Source: Longimicrobiales bacterium | Lineage (GTDB): Bacteria; Gemmatimonadota; Gemmatimonadetes; Longimicrobiales; Gaopeijiaceae | Length of the DNA stretch: 37,070 bases | Assembly: GCA_965197725.1 (NCBI GenBank) | Contig: CBDANQ010000030.1 | Coordinates: 1 to 37,070, forward strand | Reading direction: 5' to 3' | Part shown: piece after piece, positions 1 to 8,686 of the stretch | How positions within the stretch are numbered: position 1 is the stretch's first letter | Layout of the letters: every line of letters begins with the position of its first letter | Program-made: the position numbers and the translations under genes | The notes under the pieces: generated by a model | What the model saw: the letters and a program-made list of their open reading frames with translations, nothing else | What the model was told of the DNA's origin: nothing | The model's database searches: none

Positions 1-1
1 C

Positions 2-391
2 TGTTCGTGGGTTCAAGTGCTCCGCTCCGTCGAGCTAGGTCCGCGCTGCCTGCGAAAGGTCGAGGTCGGCGGGGCGACACTGCTTCTGGCACGACTCAAG
101 AGCGGAGAGGTTGCGGCGGCTCTGAACGTCTGCCCTCACGAGGGCGAAGATCTCTCAAGCGGGCGGCTCTATATGGACGGAATCGACTGCCCCCGTCATC
201 ACTACGTCTACGATCTCAGAACAGGGAAGAATCGCTATCCACAAGAGGTTTTTCCAAGTGATCTTGCCAAGAAGCTTGTTCCCCTCCCGATCTACCCTGC
301 CAGAGAGCAAGGTGGCTGGATTTGGGGCTACGTGCCCTCGACCGGGCCGACCGAATCCAGTGACGCCCTGGCGGATCGGTCTACGACCTGA
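2..391 (+). CDS. Rieske [2Fe-2S] ferredoxin domain protein (frame open at window start; GTG at 17 is a possible start)
   Basis: CPH and CPRH Rieske motifs followed by YDLRTG; no stop upstream within the window. Confidence 0.85.
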   Translation, partial: CSWVQVLRSVELGPRCLRKVEVGGATLLLARLKSGEVAAALNVCPHEGEDLSSGRLYMDGIDCPRHHYVYDLRTGKNRYPQEVFPSDLAKKLVPLPIYPAREQGGWIWGYVPSTGPTESSDALADRSTT

Positions 392-494
392 ACAGCCCGG
401 GGTACCGAACACCACCACCCAATTGAGAGGCCGGTGTCGGACGGTGAAGCTGTCCCAACCGTAGTTGAAGGTTCCTGATAGGGGAGAAAGAAAA

Positions 495-561
495 GTGGTG
501 GCTCCGGGGGTCCCGGGCCGATAGGCTCGGGTAGGCAAAAACCCCAACACGGAGCCACCAC
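495..561 (+). promoter_or_regulatory. 12-bp perfect inverted repeat sequestering the transposase SD; same 12-mer next to the right IR
   Basis: GTGGTGGCTCCG (495-506) is the reverse complement of CGGAGCCACCAC (550-561); CGGAGCCACCAC recurs at 1860-1871. Confidence 0.75.
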
Positions 562-562
562 G

Positions 563-1846
563 ATGAAGAGAACGTACGAGGTAAGGGATCGGGCGGACAA
601 GCGCGCGATCAGGGAGTTCCTGAAGCGGGAGGGGCAGTTTCTGCTTCCGATGCTTGAGCTCGTGGAGCAGACGGAGGTCGCGATCGACGAAGTCATCCAG
701 GTGATGGGACGAGCGACGATCGAAGCGGTGCTGGAGATGAGCGCCGAGGGTGTGGCAGGCGTGAAGCAGGCAGGTCGGTCACGAGCGGAAGACGACACGG
801 TGTGGTATGGCCGGCAGGGTGGTGTGGTTTACCTGTCGGACCGGAAGGTGCGTGTGGAGCGGCCACGGCTCAGGCGCCGGGGCGCCGGGGAGGGTGGCGA
901 GGTCGAGGTGCCGGCGTACGCAGCGATGCAGAGACCGGGCGCCGTGGCGGATCGGATGCTCGAGGTCCTGATGGCGGGGGTGAGCACGCGGAAGTACGGC
1001 CGTGTGATCGGTGAGATGGCCGACACGGTCGGGGTGAGCAAGTCGGCGGTGAGCCGTGAGACGGTCGAGGCCTCGGAGCGCGTGCTGAAGGAGCTGATGG
1101 AGCGCCGGCTGGATGCGTGGGACCTCCTGGTGATCTACCTGGACGGGATCCAGATGGGCTCGCACCACGTGCTTGCTGCGGTAGGCGTGGACTCAGACGG
1201 AAAGAAGCACGTGCTGGGCGTGAGGGAAGGAGCGAGTGAGAACGCCGAGGTGACCAGCGCGCTCCTAGAGGATCTGGTCGAGCGCGGCCTGGACCCGGGC
1301 AGGCGGCGGCTGATCGATGGCTCGAAAGCGCTCAGGAAGGCGATCGAGAAGGTGTTCGGCCAACGTCACCCCATCCAGCGCTGCCGCAACCACAAGCTCC
1401 GCAACGTGCTGGGTCATCTGCCGAAGGATCAGCATCCTCAGGTGAAGGCGGCGTTCCGGGCGGCGATGAAGCTGGACGCGAAGCAGGGCGAGCAGAAGCT
1501 CGAGCAGCTCGCCCGATGGCTCGAGCGCGACCACCCCTCGGCCTCGGCCAGCCTACGCGAAGGCCTCAGCGAGATGTTCACGATCAACCGGCTCGGCCTC
1601 CCGCCGCGGCTGAGGAAGTGCCTGGGCTCGACCAACCTGATCGACAGCACCCACTCGGGCGTAAGACAGAAGACCCGCAGGGTGACCAACTGGAAGAACG
1701 GAGCGATGGCCTTGCGCTGGGCTGCGGCCTCGTTCGTGGAGACCGAGAAGAGCTACCGGAGGATCATCGGCTACGACCAGCTCTGGATGCTCAGGGCCCA
1801 CCTCGACGACCATGAACCGGTTGCCGAAATGAGAAAGGCAGGCTAA
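563..1846 (+). CDS. IS256 (Mutator-like) family transposase
   Basis: 427 aa; GVSTR, GVSKSAVS, YLDG, IDG, QRCxxH and STNLID motifs; GGAG SD at 551-554. Confidence 0.92.
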   Translation: MKRTYEVRDRADKRAIREFLKREGQFLLPMLELVEQTEVAIDEVIQVMGRATIEAVLEMSAEGVAGVKQAGRSRAEDDTVWYGRQGGVVYLSDRKVRVERPRLRRRGAGEGGEVEVPAYAAMQRPGAVADRMLEVLMAGVSTRKYGRVIGEMADTVGVSKSAVSRETVEASERVLKELMERRLDAWDLLVIYLDGIQMGSHHVLAAVGVDSDGKKHVLGVREGASENAEVTSALLEDLVERGLDPGRRRLIDGSKALRKAIEKVFGQRHPIQRCRNHKLRNVLGHLPKDQHPQVKAAFRAAMKLDAKQGEQKLEQLARWLERDHPSASASLREGLSEMFTINRLGLPPRLRKCLGSTNLIDSTHSGVRQKTRRVTNWKNGAMALRWAAASFVETEKSYRRIIGYDQLWMLRAHLDDHEPVAEMRKAG

Positions 1847-1938
1847 CAAGGAGACTCTCCGGAGCCACCACCTTCAACTGTCAGCGGGACACCATCCGGA
1901 CGGTCCGCTCAAGCGCTTGCTTCAGGGGAGGCTCTCCG

Positions 1939-2949
1939 ATGCGCCCTGCCGGTCGAGTGAACGACTTTCTTAGGATCGCCACCGTGTTTGTTGCAGTGGG
2001 CGTTGGTATACCGTCCGGGGAGGCCTACGGCCAATCGGGCCCCGAGCTCCTTCCCTATCAGCCCGCAGACGACTGGGCTCGGCTGCCTAGTGGACGGACT
2101 TGGGGTGCCCCGACCGGCGTGGAGATGGACCCCGACCAACTAAGCCTGTGGGTATTGGAACGATGCGGTGACTACAACGGCCCTGGATGCGCGGAGTCGG
2201 ACCTTCCGGCCGTTATGAAGTTCGACGCCTCCGGGAGGCTGCTCCAGAGCTTCGGTGCCGGGATGTTCAATTACCCGCACGGTCTCGCCGTCGACCACGA
2301 GGGCAACGTGTACGTGACCGATGGCCGTGACGGCGGCGGAAAGGGTCACACGGTCTTGAAATTCGACCCGAACGGGGAGCTCGTGTTGACCCTGGGCCAG
2401 CCCGGTGTTTCCGGTGAAGGGCGCAACACGCTCAACCGGCCGTCCGATGTCGCGGTAGCGCAGAACGGGGACATCTTCGTGGCCGACGGACACAGCGGAA
2501 TGGATACGAACATGCGCATCGTGAAGTTCTCGAAGGACGGCACGTTCATTAGAGAGTGGGGGAAAAAGGGGTCAGCTCCGGGTGAGCTGAATGGCGCCCA
2601 CGGTCTCGCTTTCGATTCCAGAGGACGATTGTTCGTGGCCGACCGTGAGAATCGCCGAGTCCAGATCTTCGACCAGGATGGGGGCTTCATCGACGCGTGG
2701 ACGCAGTTCGGGTCTCCGAGCGGGATCTTCATCACCCCGGGCGATGTGCTCTATGTGGCCGACCTCAGCGAGGGCATCCGGATCGGCAGTGCAAGAGATG
2801 GGTCTCTGTCGGCCCACATCGTGGCTCCGGTGCCGGAATCTGGTGGTGCCGCGAGGGTGGCGGAGAGCGTGGCGGTGGATGCTCAGGGCAACTTGTACGC
2901 GGGAGAGAACGCTGGAATGAAGCTGCTCAAGTTCGCCGCTGGGCGCTGA
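1939..2949 (+). CDS. Secreted NHL-repeat beta-propeller protein (peptidyl-alpha-hydroxyglycine amidating lyase-like)
   Basis: Signal-peptide-like N-terminus; NHL repeats PHGLAVD, PSDVAVA, AHGLAFD, PSGIFI; GGAGG SD upstream. Confidence 0.85.
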   Translation: MRPAGRVNDFLRIATVFVAVGVGIPSGEAYGQSGPELLPYQPADDWARLPSGRTWGAPTGVEMDPDQLSLWVLERCGDYNGPGCAESDLPAVMKFDASGRLLQSFGAGMFNYPHGLAVDHEGNVYVTDGRDGGGKGHTVLKFDPNGELVLTLGQPGVSGEGRNTLNRPSDVAVAQNGDIFVADGHSGMDTNMRIVKFSKDGTFIREWGKKGSAPGELNGAHGLAFDSRGRLFVADRENRRVQIFDQDGGFIDAWTQFGSPSGIFITPGDVLYVADLSEGIRIGSARDGSLSAHIVAPVPESGGAARVAESVAVDAQGNLYAGENAGMKLLKFAAGR

Positions 2950-2950
2950 C

Positions 2951-3145
2951 ATTGACGAGGAGGACCCGCGAGCGGCATCGGTCTGGCCAGACTCTACCTC
3001 GGTCCATTCAGGTCGTCTGGGAGGACTGATGAAACGTGACGATGAACTCCCGGAACAGATCTCTGGTTTCTCGAGCGTACCAGTCCTCGTCGCGAAGCGC
3101 TTCGTGGTCCTGGTGCCGGGACAACGAGATCGACTACTCGCGGCC
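2951..3145 (+). pseudogene. Possible heavily degraded C-terminal remnant of a UPF0158-like protein
   Basis: Pieces in different frames read GPFR / LMKRDDELPEQ / LWFLERTSPRREALR / WCRDNEIDYS, resembling my recollection of the UPF0158 tail; requires several frameshifts. Confidence 0.25.
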
Positions 3146-3264
3146 AACTCTGCCCCTGGGCGGCCGCGACGCCTCCCGAGAAGCGCCCACCGCCTGGAAC
3201 GAACCATCGCCGCCCATGTACACTGCCTCAGCCGTACTCACTCCGAGCGAGGAGTTCCATCCGC

Positions 3265-3816
3265 GTGCGTTCGAAGGTCGCCATCTTCGGTCTGACGTTC
3301 CCCTTGGTCATGGTCTTCGACTTCATGAGCAAGCGCTGGGCGCTGGACGCGCTGGGCGTTCGCGGTAGCGAGCTCTTCGGCGGTCTCGTGCCGCTCACTC
3401 TCGCCTACAACAAGGGTGCGGCATTCGGGGTTCGGTTGGGCGAGGACTCGCGATGGTTCTTCGTACCTGTCACGATCATCGCGCTGGCGCTGCTCGGGGT
3501 CCTCTTCAAGCAGGCGGCCAACCGCGATTTCCTGCGAGTCGGGTCGATCTCCCTCGTGGTCTCCGGTGCGATTGGGAATCTGTGGGACCGCGTCCGCTGG
3601 GACCGTGGCGTCATAGACTTCATCGGGCCGATCGACCTCGGCTTCTGGGACTTCCCGATCTTCAACGTGGCCGACATGGCGATCACTTGTGGCGCCGTGC
3701 TGCTCGCAATCTCGTTCTGGTTCGAGGAGCAGATGGAGCGAAAGCTCCAGGCTGCGTCGGCCGCCGCGTCCAGCGCGCCGCCCGCCGAGCCCCTCGCGGA
3801 AGAACCGAGCGCCTGA
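3265..3816 (+). CDS. lspA: Lipoprotein signal peptidase II
   Basis: NKGAAFG, GAIGNLWDR, VIDFI and FNVAD motifs; GAGGAG SD upstream of GTG. Confidence 0.95.
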   Translation: MRSKVAIFGLTFPLVMVFDFMSKRWALDALGVRGSELFGGLVPLTLAYNKGAAFGVRLGEDSRWFFVPVTIIALALLGVLFKQAANRDFLRVGSISLVVSGAIGNLWDRVRWDRGVIDFIGPIDLGFWDFPIFNVADMAITCGAVLLAISFWFEEQMERKLQAASAAASSAPPAEPLAEEPSA

Positions 3817-3857
3817 ACAGCGCGCGCGACTGCCGTCGGCTCCCCGCCTAATTCACG

Positions 3858-5090
3858 TTAGCCCGGACGAGGAACGAAGAGCAGATATTCGACGCGGCGG
3901 CCCTTCATCGTGGTGACACGCAGGCTGCCGCTCTCGATATCGACCTGATCGCCGACAACGGGAATTCGATTCAGGCGGCCGAAGACGAACCCCCCCACGG
4001 TCTCGAAGCCCTCTTCTTCATCCGCCGTAGGCTCGAAGCCGAGATGCTGGCTCGCATCCCTGAGCGAGGCACCTCCCCACACGCGCCGCTGGCCGTCAGC
4101 CATGCTCTGAAACACGATCGGCTCATCGCCCTCATGCTCGTCCTGGATTTCGCCGATGATCTCCTCGATGAGATCCTCGAGGGTGACGAGGCCCGCAGTT
4201 CCCCCGAACTCGTCGACCACGATCGCCAACTTGACCCGCTGGGCTCGCATCTCAGGGATCAGGTCCTCTACGGGCTTCGAGGCCGGAGCGAACGGAACGG
4301 TGTGCATGACATCCACGATGGACTCCACCCCGGCCTGGCTTGCGCGCCACAGATCCCGCGCCACGAGAACGCCGACAATCTGGTCGAGGCTCTCCTCGTA
4401 CACCGGCAGCCGGAGGTGTCCCGTACCGAGCATGACCTGCTGAGCGTCGGCGACGGACGACTCTACCGGCACGGCGCTCATGTCGGTGCGCGGCGTCATG
4501 ACTTCCCCGACCGACACTTCGTCGAGCCGGATGACGCTGCTGACCACCTTCCACTCGTCTTCGTCCAGCGTGCCTTCGCGTCGCCCGAGGTCCGCGAGAA
4601 CTTCGATTTCCTCACGACTGACTGTCGGTTGATCACTGGCCGGGGTAATCCAGCCGGACACCCAGCCCAGGGGGATGAGAATCGGCTTCATGCCGAAGAC
4701 CATCGCGCGCAGGACGTGTGCGGAGGGCTTCGCGAGTCGCCTCCAGTGCGTCGCGCCAAGCGTCTTGGGCACGATCTCGGAGAAGACGAGGATCACGAGA
4801 GTGAGTCCAGCGGAGAACGCCGTCAGCCACGCGTTGCCGAAGAGGTCCTGGACGACCGCACCGGCGAGCGTCGCGCCGACCGTGTGCGCGATCGTGTTGA
4901 GCGTGAGAATCGCCGCAATCGGCTCGTCGACATTCTCGTGCGCCCGCTCGAGCCACGCGCCGGCCCACTCTCCCCGCTCCTTGAGCACGGCGATGTACGA
5001 GTGAGTGATGGAGAGGAAGACCGCTTCCAGGATCGAGCAGAGGAAAGAGATCCCGAGGCTGAGCCCGAGGATCCACAAGAGCGTCGGCAT
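3858..5090 (-). CDS. CNNM/HlyC/CorC family transporter (DUF21-CBS-CBS-CorC)
   Basis: SILEA, ILTLNT, SEIVPK, VMTPR, VVDEFGGTAGLVTLEDLIEEIIGEI and TVGG motifs. Confidence 0.92.
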   Translation of the reverse strand: MPTLLWILGLSLGISFLCSILEAVFLSITHSYIAVLKERGEWAGAWLERAHENVDEPIAAILTLNTIAHTVGATLAGAVVQDLFGNAWLTAFSAGLTLVILVFSEIVPKTLGATHWRRLAKPSAHVLRAMVFGMKPILIPLGWVSGWITPASDQPTVSREEIEVLADLGRREGTLDEDEWKVVSSVIRLDEVSVGEVMTPRTDMSAVPVESSVADAQQVMLGTGHLRLPVYEESLDQIVGVLVARDLWRASQAGVESIVDVMHTVPFAPASKPVEDLIPEMRAQRVKLAIVVDEFGGTAGLVTLEDLIEEIIGEIQDEHEGDEPIVFQSMADGQRRVWGGASLRDASQHLGFEPTADEEEGFETVGGFVFGRLNRIPVVGDQVDIESGSLRVTTMKGRRVEYLLFVPRPG

Positions 5091-5194
5091 GATGGCGAGG
5101 AGTATCGTTGGAGGTGACCGCAGCGATCAAGTGGGTTACTGTGGCCGCGTGTTCGGTCTAGATGACAGTCCCTTCCAAAACTGGAGAGTCCCGA

Positions 5195-5386
5195 ATGGCG
5201 ACTTACACCTGCGACAAGTGTGGGATGAGCGTGGACATGACGTGCGGCAAGTGCGGTGCGGCTCTCGTAAACGACACCCTCACGAAGGATGACGGCAGCA
5301 CGGTGCAGGTATCGAAGTGCCCCAACGGTGACGGCATGATCAAGTCGCCGATGTGCTGTGCGCAAGACATGGCCTGCGCGGTCTAG
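5195..5386 (+). CDS. 63-aa Cys-rich small metal-binding protein (desulforedoxin-like termini)
   Basis: GGAG SD at 5183-5186, ATG 5195; 8 Cys: CDKC, CGKC, C, CC, C. Confidence 0.8.
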   Translation: MATYTCDKCGMSVDMTCGKCGAALVNDTLTKDDGSTVQVSKCPNGDGMIKSPMCCAQDMACAV

Positions 5387-5414
5387 ACGCACCTCGGGTG
5401 TCGTCGCTATCCCG

Positions 5415-6521
5415 ATGATCGATCCGGAGGAGCGGAACGGGCCACCGCCGCCCATCCGGAGCTCTGAACGACTAGCGCCCGAGATCTTCCAGTTGCCCGT
5501 CGACAAGATGCGCAGTGGCTACTACTCGGATAAGTACTTCGTGCGGGCTCGCGAGGTTCTTCTGCACCACGGCATGGATCCGGTGGTCACCATGCAGGTC
5601 TTTCAGAAGACGGATGCCTTCGTCGCCGGCACGGACGAGGCGATCGCGATCCTGAAGCTCTGCCTGACCGAAAGCTACTCGTTCTCCGATCTCGAGGTCC
5701 TCTCCCTGCACGACGGCGACCGCGCAGAGCCGTGGGAGACGGTGATGCGCATCGAAGGACCCTACGCGGCGTTCTCACACCTGGAGACCCTGTACGTCGG
5801 TGTGCTCGCGCGTCGCACACGAATCGCGACGAATACACGAGCGGTGGTCGAGGCCGCTTGGCCACGCCCAGTCATGTTCTTCCCCGCACGTCACGATCAC
5901 TGGATGGTGCAGACCGGTGACGGATGGGCCGCGCACGTGGCCGGCGCGATTGGCGTCTCGACGGACGCGCAGGCCTCGTGGTGGGGCTCGGAAGGAATCG
6001 GCACCGTGCCCCACGCGCTCATCGCGGCCTTCGCCGGGGACTCGGTCGCCGCCACGCAGGCCTTCGCCGACGCTACACCGGACGACGTGCGGGTCATCGC
6101 GCTCGTCGACTTCGACAACGACTCGGTGGGAACGTCACTCGCGGTCGCGCGCGCGATGGGTCGGAAGCTCTGGGGGGTCCGTCTCGACACCTCCGCGGAT
6201 CTGGTCGATCGCTCGCTCGATAAAGAGATGGGCGACTTCGACCCGAGAGGCGTGAACCCCCGTCTCGTCGAGCGTGTTCGCGATGCGCTCGACGCCGAAG
6301 GCTTCCAGCACGTGAAGATCGTCGTGTCCGGGGGGTTCTCGGTCGACAAGATCCGCTACTTCGAGGCTGCGCGCGTCCCGGTCGACAGCTACGGAGTCGG
6401 ATCGGCCCTCGTGCGAGGACCGTTCGACTACACGGCAGACGTAGTCCGCGTCGAAGGCAAGCCCCGCGCCAAAGTGGGCCGCTGGCATCGGGACCACGAT
6501 CGCCTGGAGCGCGTTACGTGA
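5415..6521 (+). CDS. pncB: Nicotinate phosphoribosyltransferase (short type II PRTase)
   Basis: SDKYF, LETL, GTVPHA (phospho-His motif), VDF, GVRLDT, IVVSGG, DSYGVGS, AKVG; stop overlaps the next gene (GTGA). Confidence 0.8.
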   Translation: MIDPEERNGPPPPIRSSERLAPEIFQLPVDKMRSGYYSDKYFVRAREVLLHHGMDPVVTMQVFQKTDAFVAGTDEAIAILKLCLTESYSFSDLEVLSLHDGDRAEPWETVMRIEGPYAAFSHLETLYVGVLARRTRIATNTRAVVEAAWPRPVMFFPARHDHWMVQTGDGWAAHVAGAIGVSTDAQASWWGSEGIGTVPHALIAAFAGDSVAATQAFADATPDDVRVIALVDFDNDSVGTSLAVARAMGRKLWGVRLDTSADLVDRSLDKEMGDFDPRGVNPRLVERVRDALDAEGFQHVKIVVSGGFSVDKIRYFEAARVPVDSYGVGSALVRGPFDYTADVVRVEGKPRAKVGRWHRDHDRLERVT

Positions 6522-7225
6522 GTGAAGGAAGCGCCCTCATCGGGTGGATCGTCGACGCCCAGGTCGACTTCATGGATCCGCACGGCCGCCTGTACGTGAA
6601 GGACCTGGATGACGATACAGACCCGGGCTCGACATCGATCGTCGCCACGCTGCGTAAGGCCGTGGCCTGGATGCACGAGAAGTGCGACCTGCTCGTCTAC
6701 ACCGGCGACTGGCACGGGCTCAACGACGAGGAGATCGATCTCGTGAGCCCGGATCCGCTGGCCGGCACCTACCCGCCGCATTGCATGGGTCGCTCAGCCG
6801 ATCCCGCGGAACGCGAAGGCGCGGCAATCATCCCCGAGATTCGCCCGGGTCACCCTGTCGTGCTCGCGTACGACGCGGACCGGAACGCGGCAATCGCGGT
6901 CGTCCGAGAAGCACTGGCCGACGGTCGGCCGGTCCTCATTCAGAAGACCCGTTTCGACGTCTTCACCGGGAATCCCGCGACCGAAGCTTTTCTCGCCGCA
7001 CTCCAAGATGCACTGGGAAAGCCACTCGCCTTTGTCGTCATCGGAGTTGCACGCGACGTGTGCGTGACCCAGGCGGTCGACGGGATGCAGGCCCGAGGCT
7101 ACGCGGTCACCACACTCTCGGACGCAACCTGGGGCCTGGGGCTCGAGCCCGAAGCGCAGACCTTGGCCCGCTGGTCGGAGAAAGGCCGCGTCCTTACCTT
7201 GCCGGAGTTGCGAGCACTCAGCTGA
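6518..7225 (+). CDS. pncA: Nicotinamidase / isochorismatase-family cysteine hydrolase
   Basis: VDAQVDF, DWH, PPHC, K and GVARDVCV catalytic motifs; coupled to pncB. Confidence 0.8.
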   Translation: MSEGSALIGWIVDAQVDFMDPHGRLYVKDLDDDTDPGSTSIVATLRKAVAWMHEKCDLLVYTGDWHGLNDEEIDLVSPDPLAGTYPPHCMGRSADPAEREGAAIIPEIRPGHPVVLAYDADRNAAIAVVREALADGRPVLIQKTRFDVFTGNPATEAFLAALQDALGKPLAFVVIGVARDVCVTQAVDGMQARGYAVTTLSDATWGLGLEPEAQTLARWSEKGRVLTLPELRALS

Positions 7226-7440
7226 TAGGTCGCTGAGTCGGGAGCAGCTTCACCGACCAAAGCCCCGAGGCGAGGTCCGTGAAGAATATGTTGCTCTTAT
7301 GTTGCTGGGCGCCCCAAACTACGCTGACGTTCGCTGCCCAACCGTTGGGGTCGAACGGCTTGAACACTGCGATCTTCCGGCCCTGCGTCGCGAGGTTGCC
7401 CATGAGCTCACCGGACACGTCCACCATGCGGAGTTTCGAG
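7218..7440 (-). pseudogene. Orphan C-terminal fragment of an LVIVD-repeat beta-propeller protein
   Basis: LRMVDVSGELMGNL...VWGAQQHKSNIFFTDLASGLWSVKL resembles a terminal LVIVD blade; there is no room for the rest before the next gene at 7520. Confidence 0.65.
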
Positions 7441-7519
7441 ATGGTCGGATCGGCCGAAGTCGGTCATCAGGCCGGCGGTATCATCTTCTGGAAGATGGAG
7501 CCCGCGAACTGAGACGCCT

Positions 7520-8548
7520 CTACCCGCGTCCCGTGACCTTCCGGCGCAGGCCTTCGAGGAGGGGCAGGGGGGTCAGCTCGCCATCTACGATCGCCGCCAG
7601 CTCCTCTTCTTGCTTCCAATGGGCTTCGAGCTGTGCTAGCTCGAGCTCCAGGAGCTTCTGCTCGGCCGATTCGTTTGCCGCAATCTCGAGCGCGATCGCG
7701 CCCGTGCGCTGAAGGTCGCCGATCCTGCGGCCGTCCTTCACTACGATACGGGTCAGGTCCTGCGGCGAACCCGCCTCCTGGATGAGCTTGGCGGCGGAGA
7801 CGACCCGACGCTCGGACGCGCCCGCGAAGTGGTGGTAGGCGAGCACGCGACGGAGCGTGCGGTTAGCGTCCCTGCCCTGAAGGTGTAGGCCACCTTCCTT
7901 GTAGCTGCCGCATACCGGGCACCGCTGCACGACCTCGATCCGCCCGGCCTCACCCCCCGGGAAAATCCCGAGGCTCCCCCGGTCGCGGTACGGCACCGCG
8001 GTGAACGTGTAGCCGCACCCATGACACTCACGAGCGCCCCGCCAGGCCGAGCCCCCGAAGCGGAGCCAACGCGCCGCGTCGGTAATGGAGTCGGGCGCGT
8101 GGCCCATGATGAACCACATGCCGATCAGCGTCATGCCGCCAGTCGCCCACCCACCGAGCACAACCGCGCCAGCGGCTGCCGTGCCCGCGAACGAGAGCTT
8201 CTTGTAGTTCTGCCGACGGGACGTCAGCTCCCGCCCGTAGCGCCACCAGGCCTCTTCAGTGAGCTGGGCCCTTCCGACCCGCACGATCTCGAGCGGCCCG
8301 GCTTTGAGGAGCGCGATGTTGTCGGTCTGCGAGAGTAGGCGCGCCTTGTCCGTGGTCAGCTTCTCCAGCTCCTCGAGCGCCTCCCAACGGTCCTCGATCG
8401 GCGTCAACGACCAGCGCTTGCAAGTAGAGCAGATCGCCCACAGCCGTCCGCGCCCAGGGTCGTACGCCACACGTCGCCCCTTGGGCAAGTACTCCAACTG
8501 GTCGTTGGGCTTGAACGGTGTGGCACAAACCAGGCAGCGCGTGTACAC
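7520..8548 (-). CDS. Hypothetical membrane protein with two zinc-ribbon modules
   Basis: 342 aa; CLVC/CSTC and CHGC/CPVC flank a central hydrophobic segment; helical C-terminus; GGAGA SD upstream of GTG. Confidence 0.75.
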   Translation of the reverse strand: MYTRCLVCATPFKPNDQLEYLPKGRRVAYDPGRGRLWAICSTCKRWSLTPIEDRWEALEELEKLTTDKARLLSQTDNIALLKAGPLEIVRVGRAQLTEEAWWRYGRELTSRRQNYKKLSFAGTAAAGAVVLGGWATGGMTLIGMWFIMGHAPDSITDAARWLRFGGSAWRGARECHGCGYTFTAVPYRDRGSLGIFPGGEAGRIEVVQRCPVCGSYKEGGLHLQGRDANRTLRRVLAYHHFAGASERRVVSAAKLIQEAGSPQDLTRIVVKDGRRIGDLQRTGAIALEIAANESAEQKLLELELAQLEAHWKQEEELAAIVDGELTPLPLLEGLRRKVTGRG

Positions 8549-8686
8549 GCTTTCTCCCGACTAGAACACAGAAGTCGCAGCAGTAGCAGAAGTAATTGGC
8601 CCCTACACGCACGATACGCTTCAGGTCCACAACTTCATCACGCGAATAGGGCTTTTCGCCCCCGAGCGGCTGAGTAGATTCTCGCG

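Larger units (their letters stand above)
446..1896 (+). mobile_element. Full-length IS256-family insertion sequence (1451 bp)
   Basis: Imperfect 27-bp terminal inverted repeats (446-472 GAAGCTGTCCCAACCGTAGTTGAAGGT vs reverse complement of 1870-1896 GATGGTGTCCCGCTGACAGTTGAAGGT, 19/27 identical), flanked by the 8-bp direct repeat CGGACGGT at 438-445 and 1897-1904. Confidence 0.93.

Noticed and set aside
4044..5117. Long antisense and alternate-frame ORFs (also 16595-17734, 22429-23508, 35196-36743)
   Set aside because: These are shadows of real genes in high-GC DNA and have no recognisable motifs.
7472..7500. Short palindrome CATCTTC-TG-GAAGATG
   Set aside because: A 2-nt loop, single copy and no U-tract; no function can be supported.
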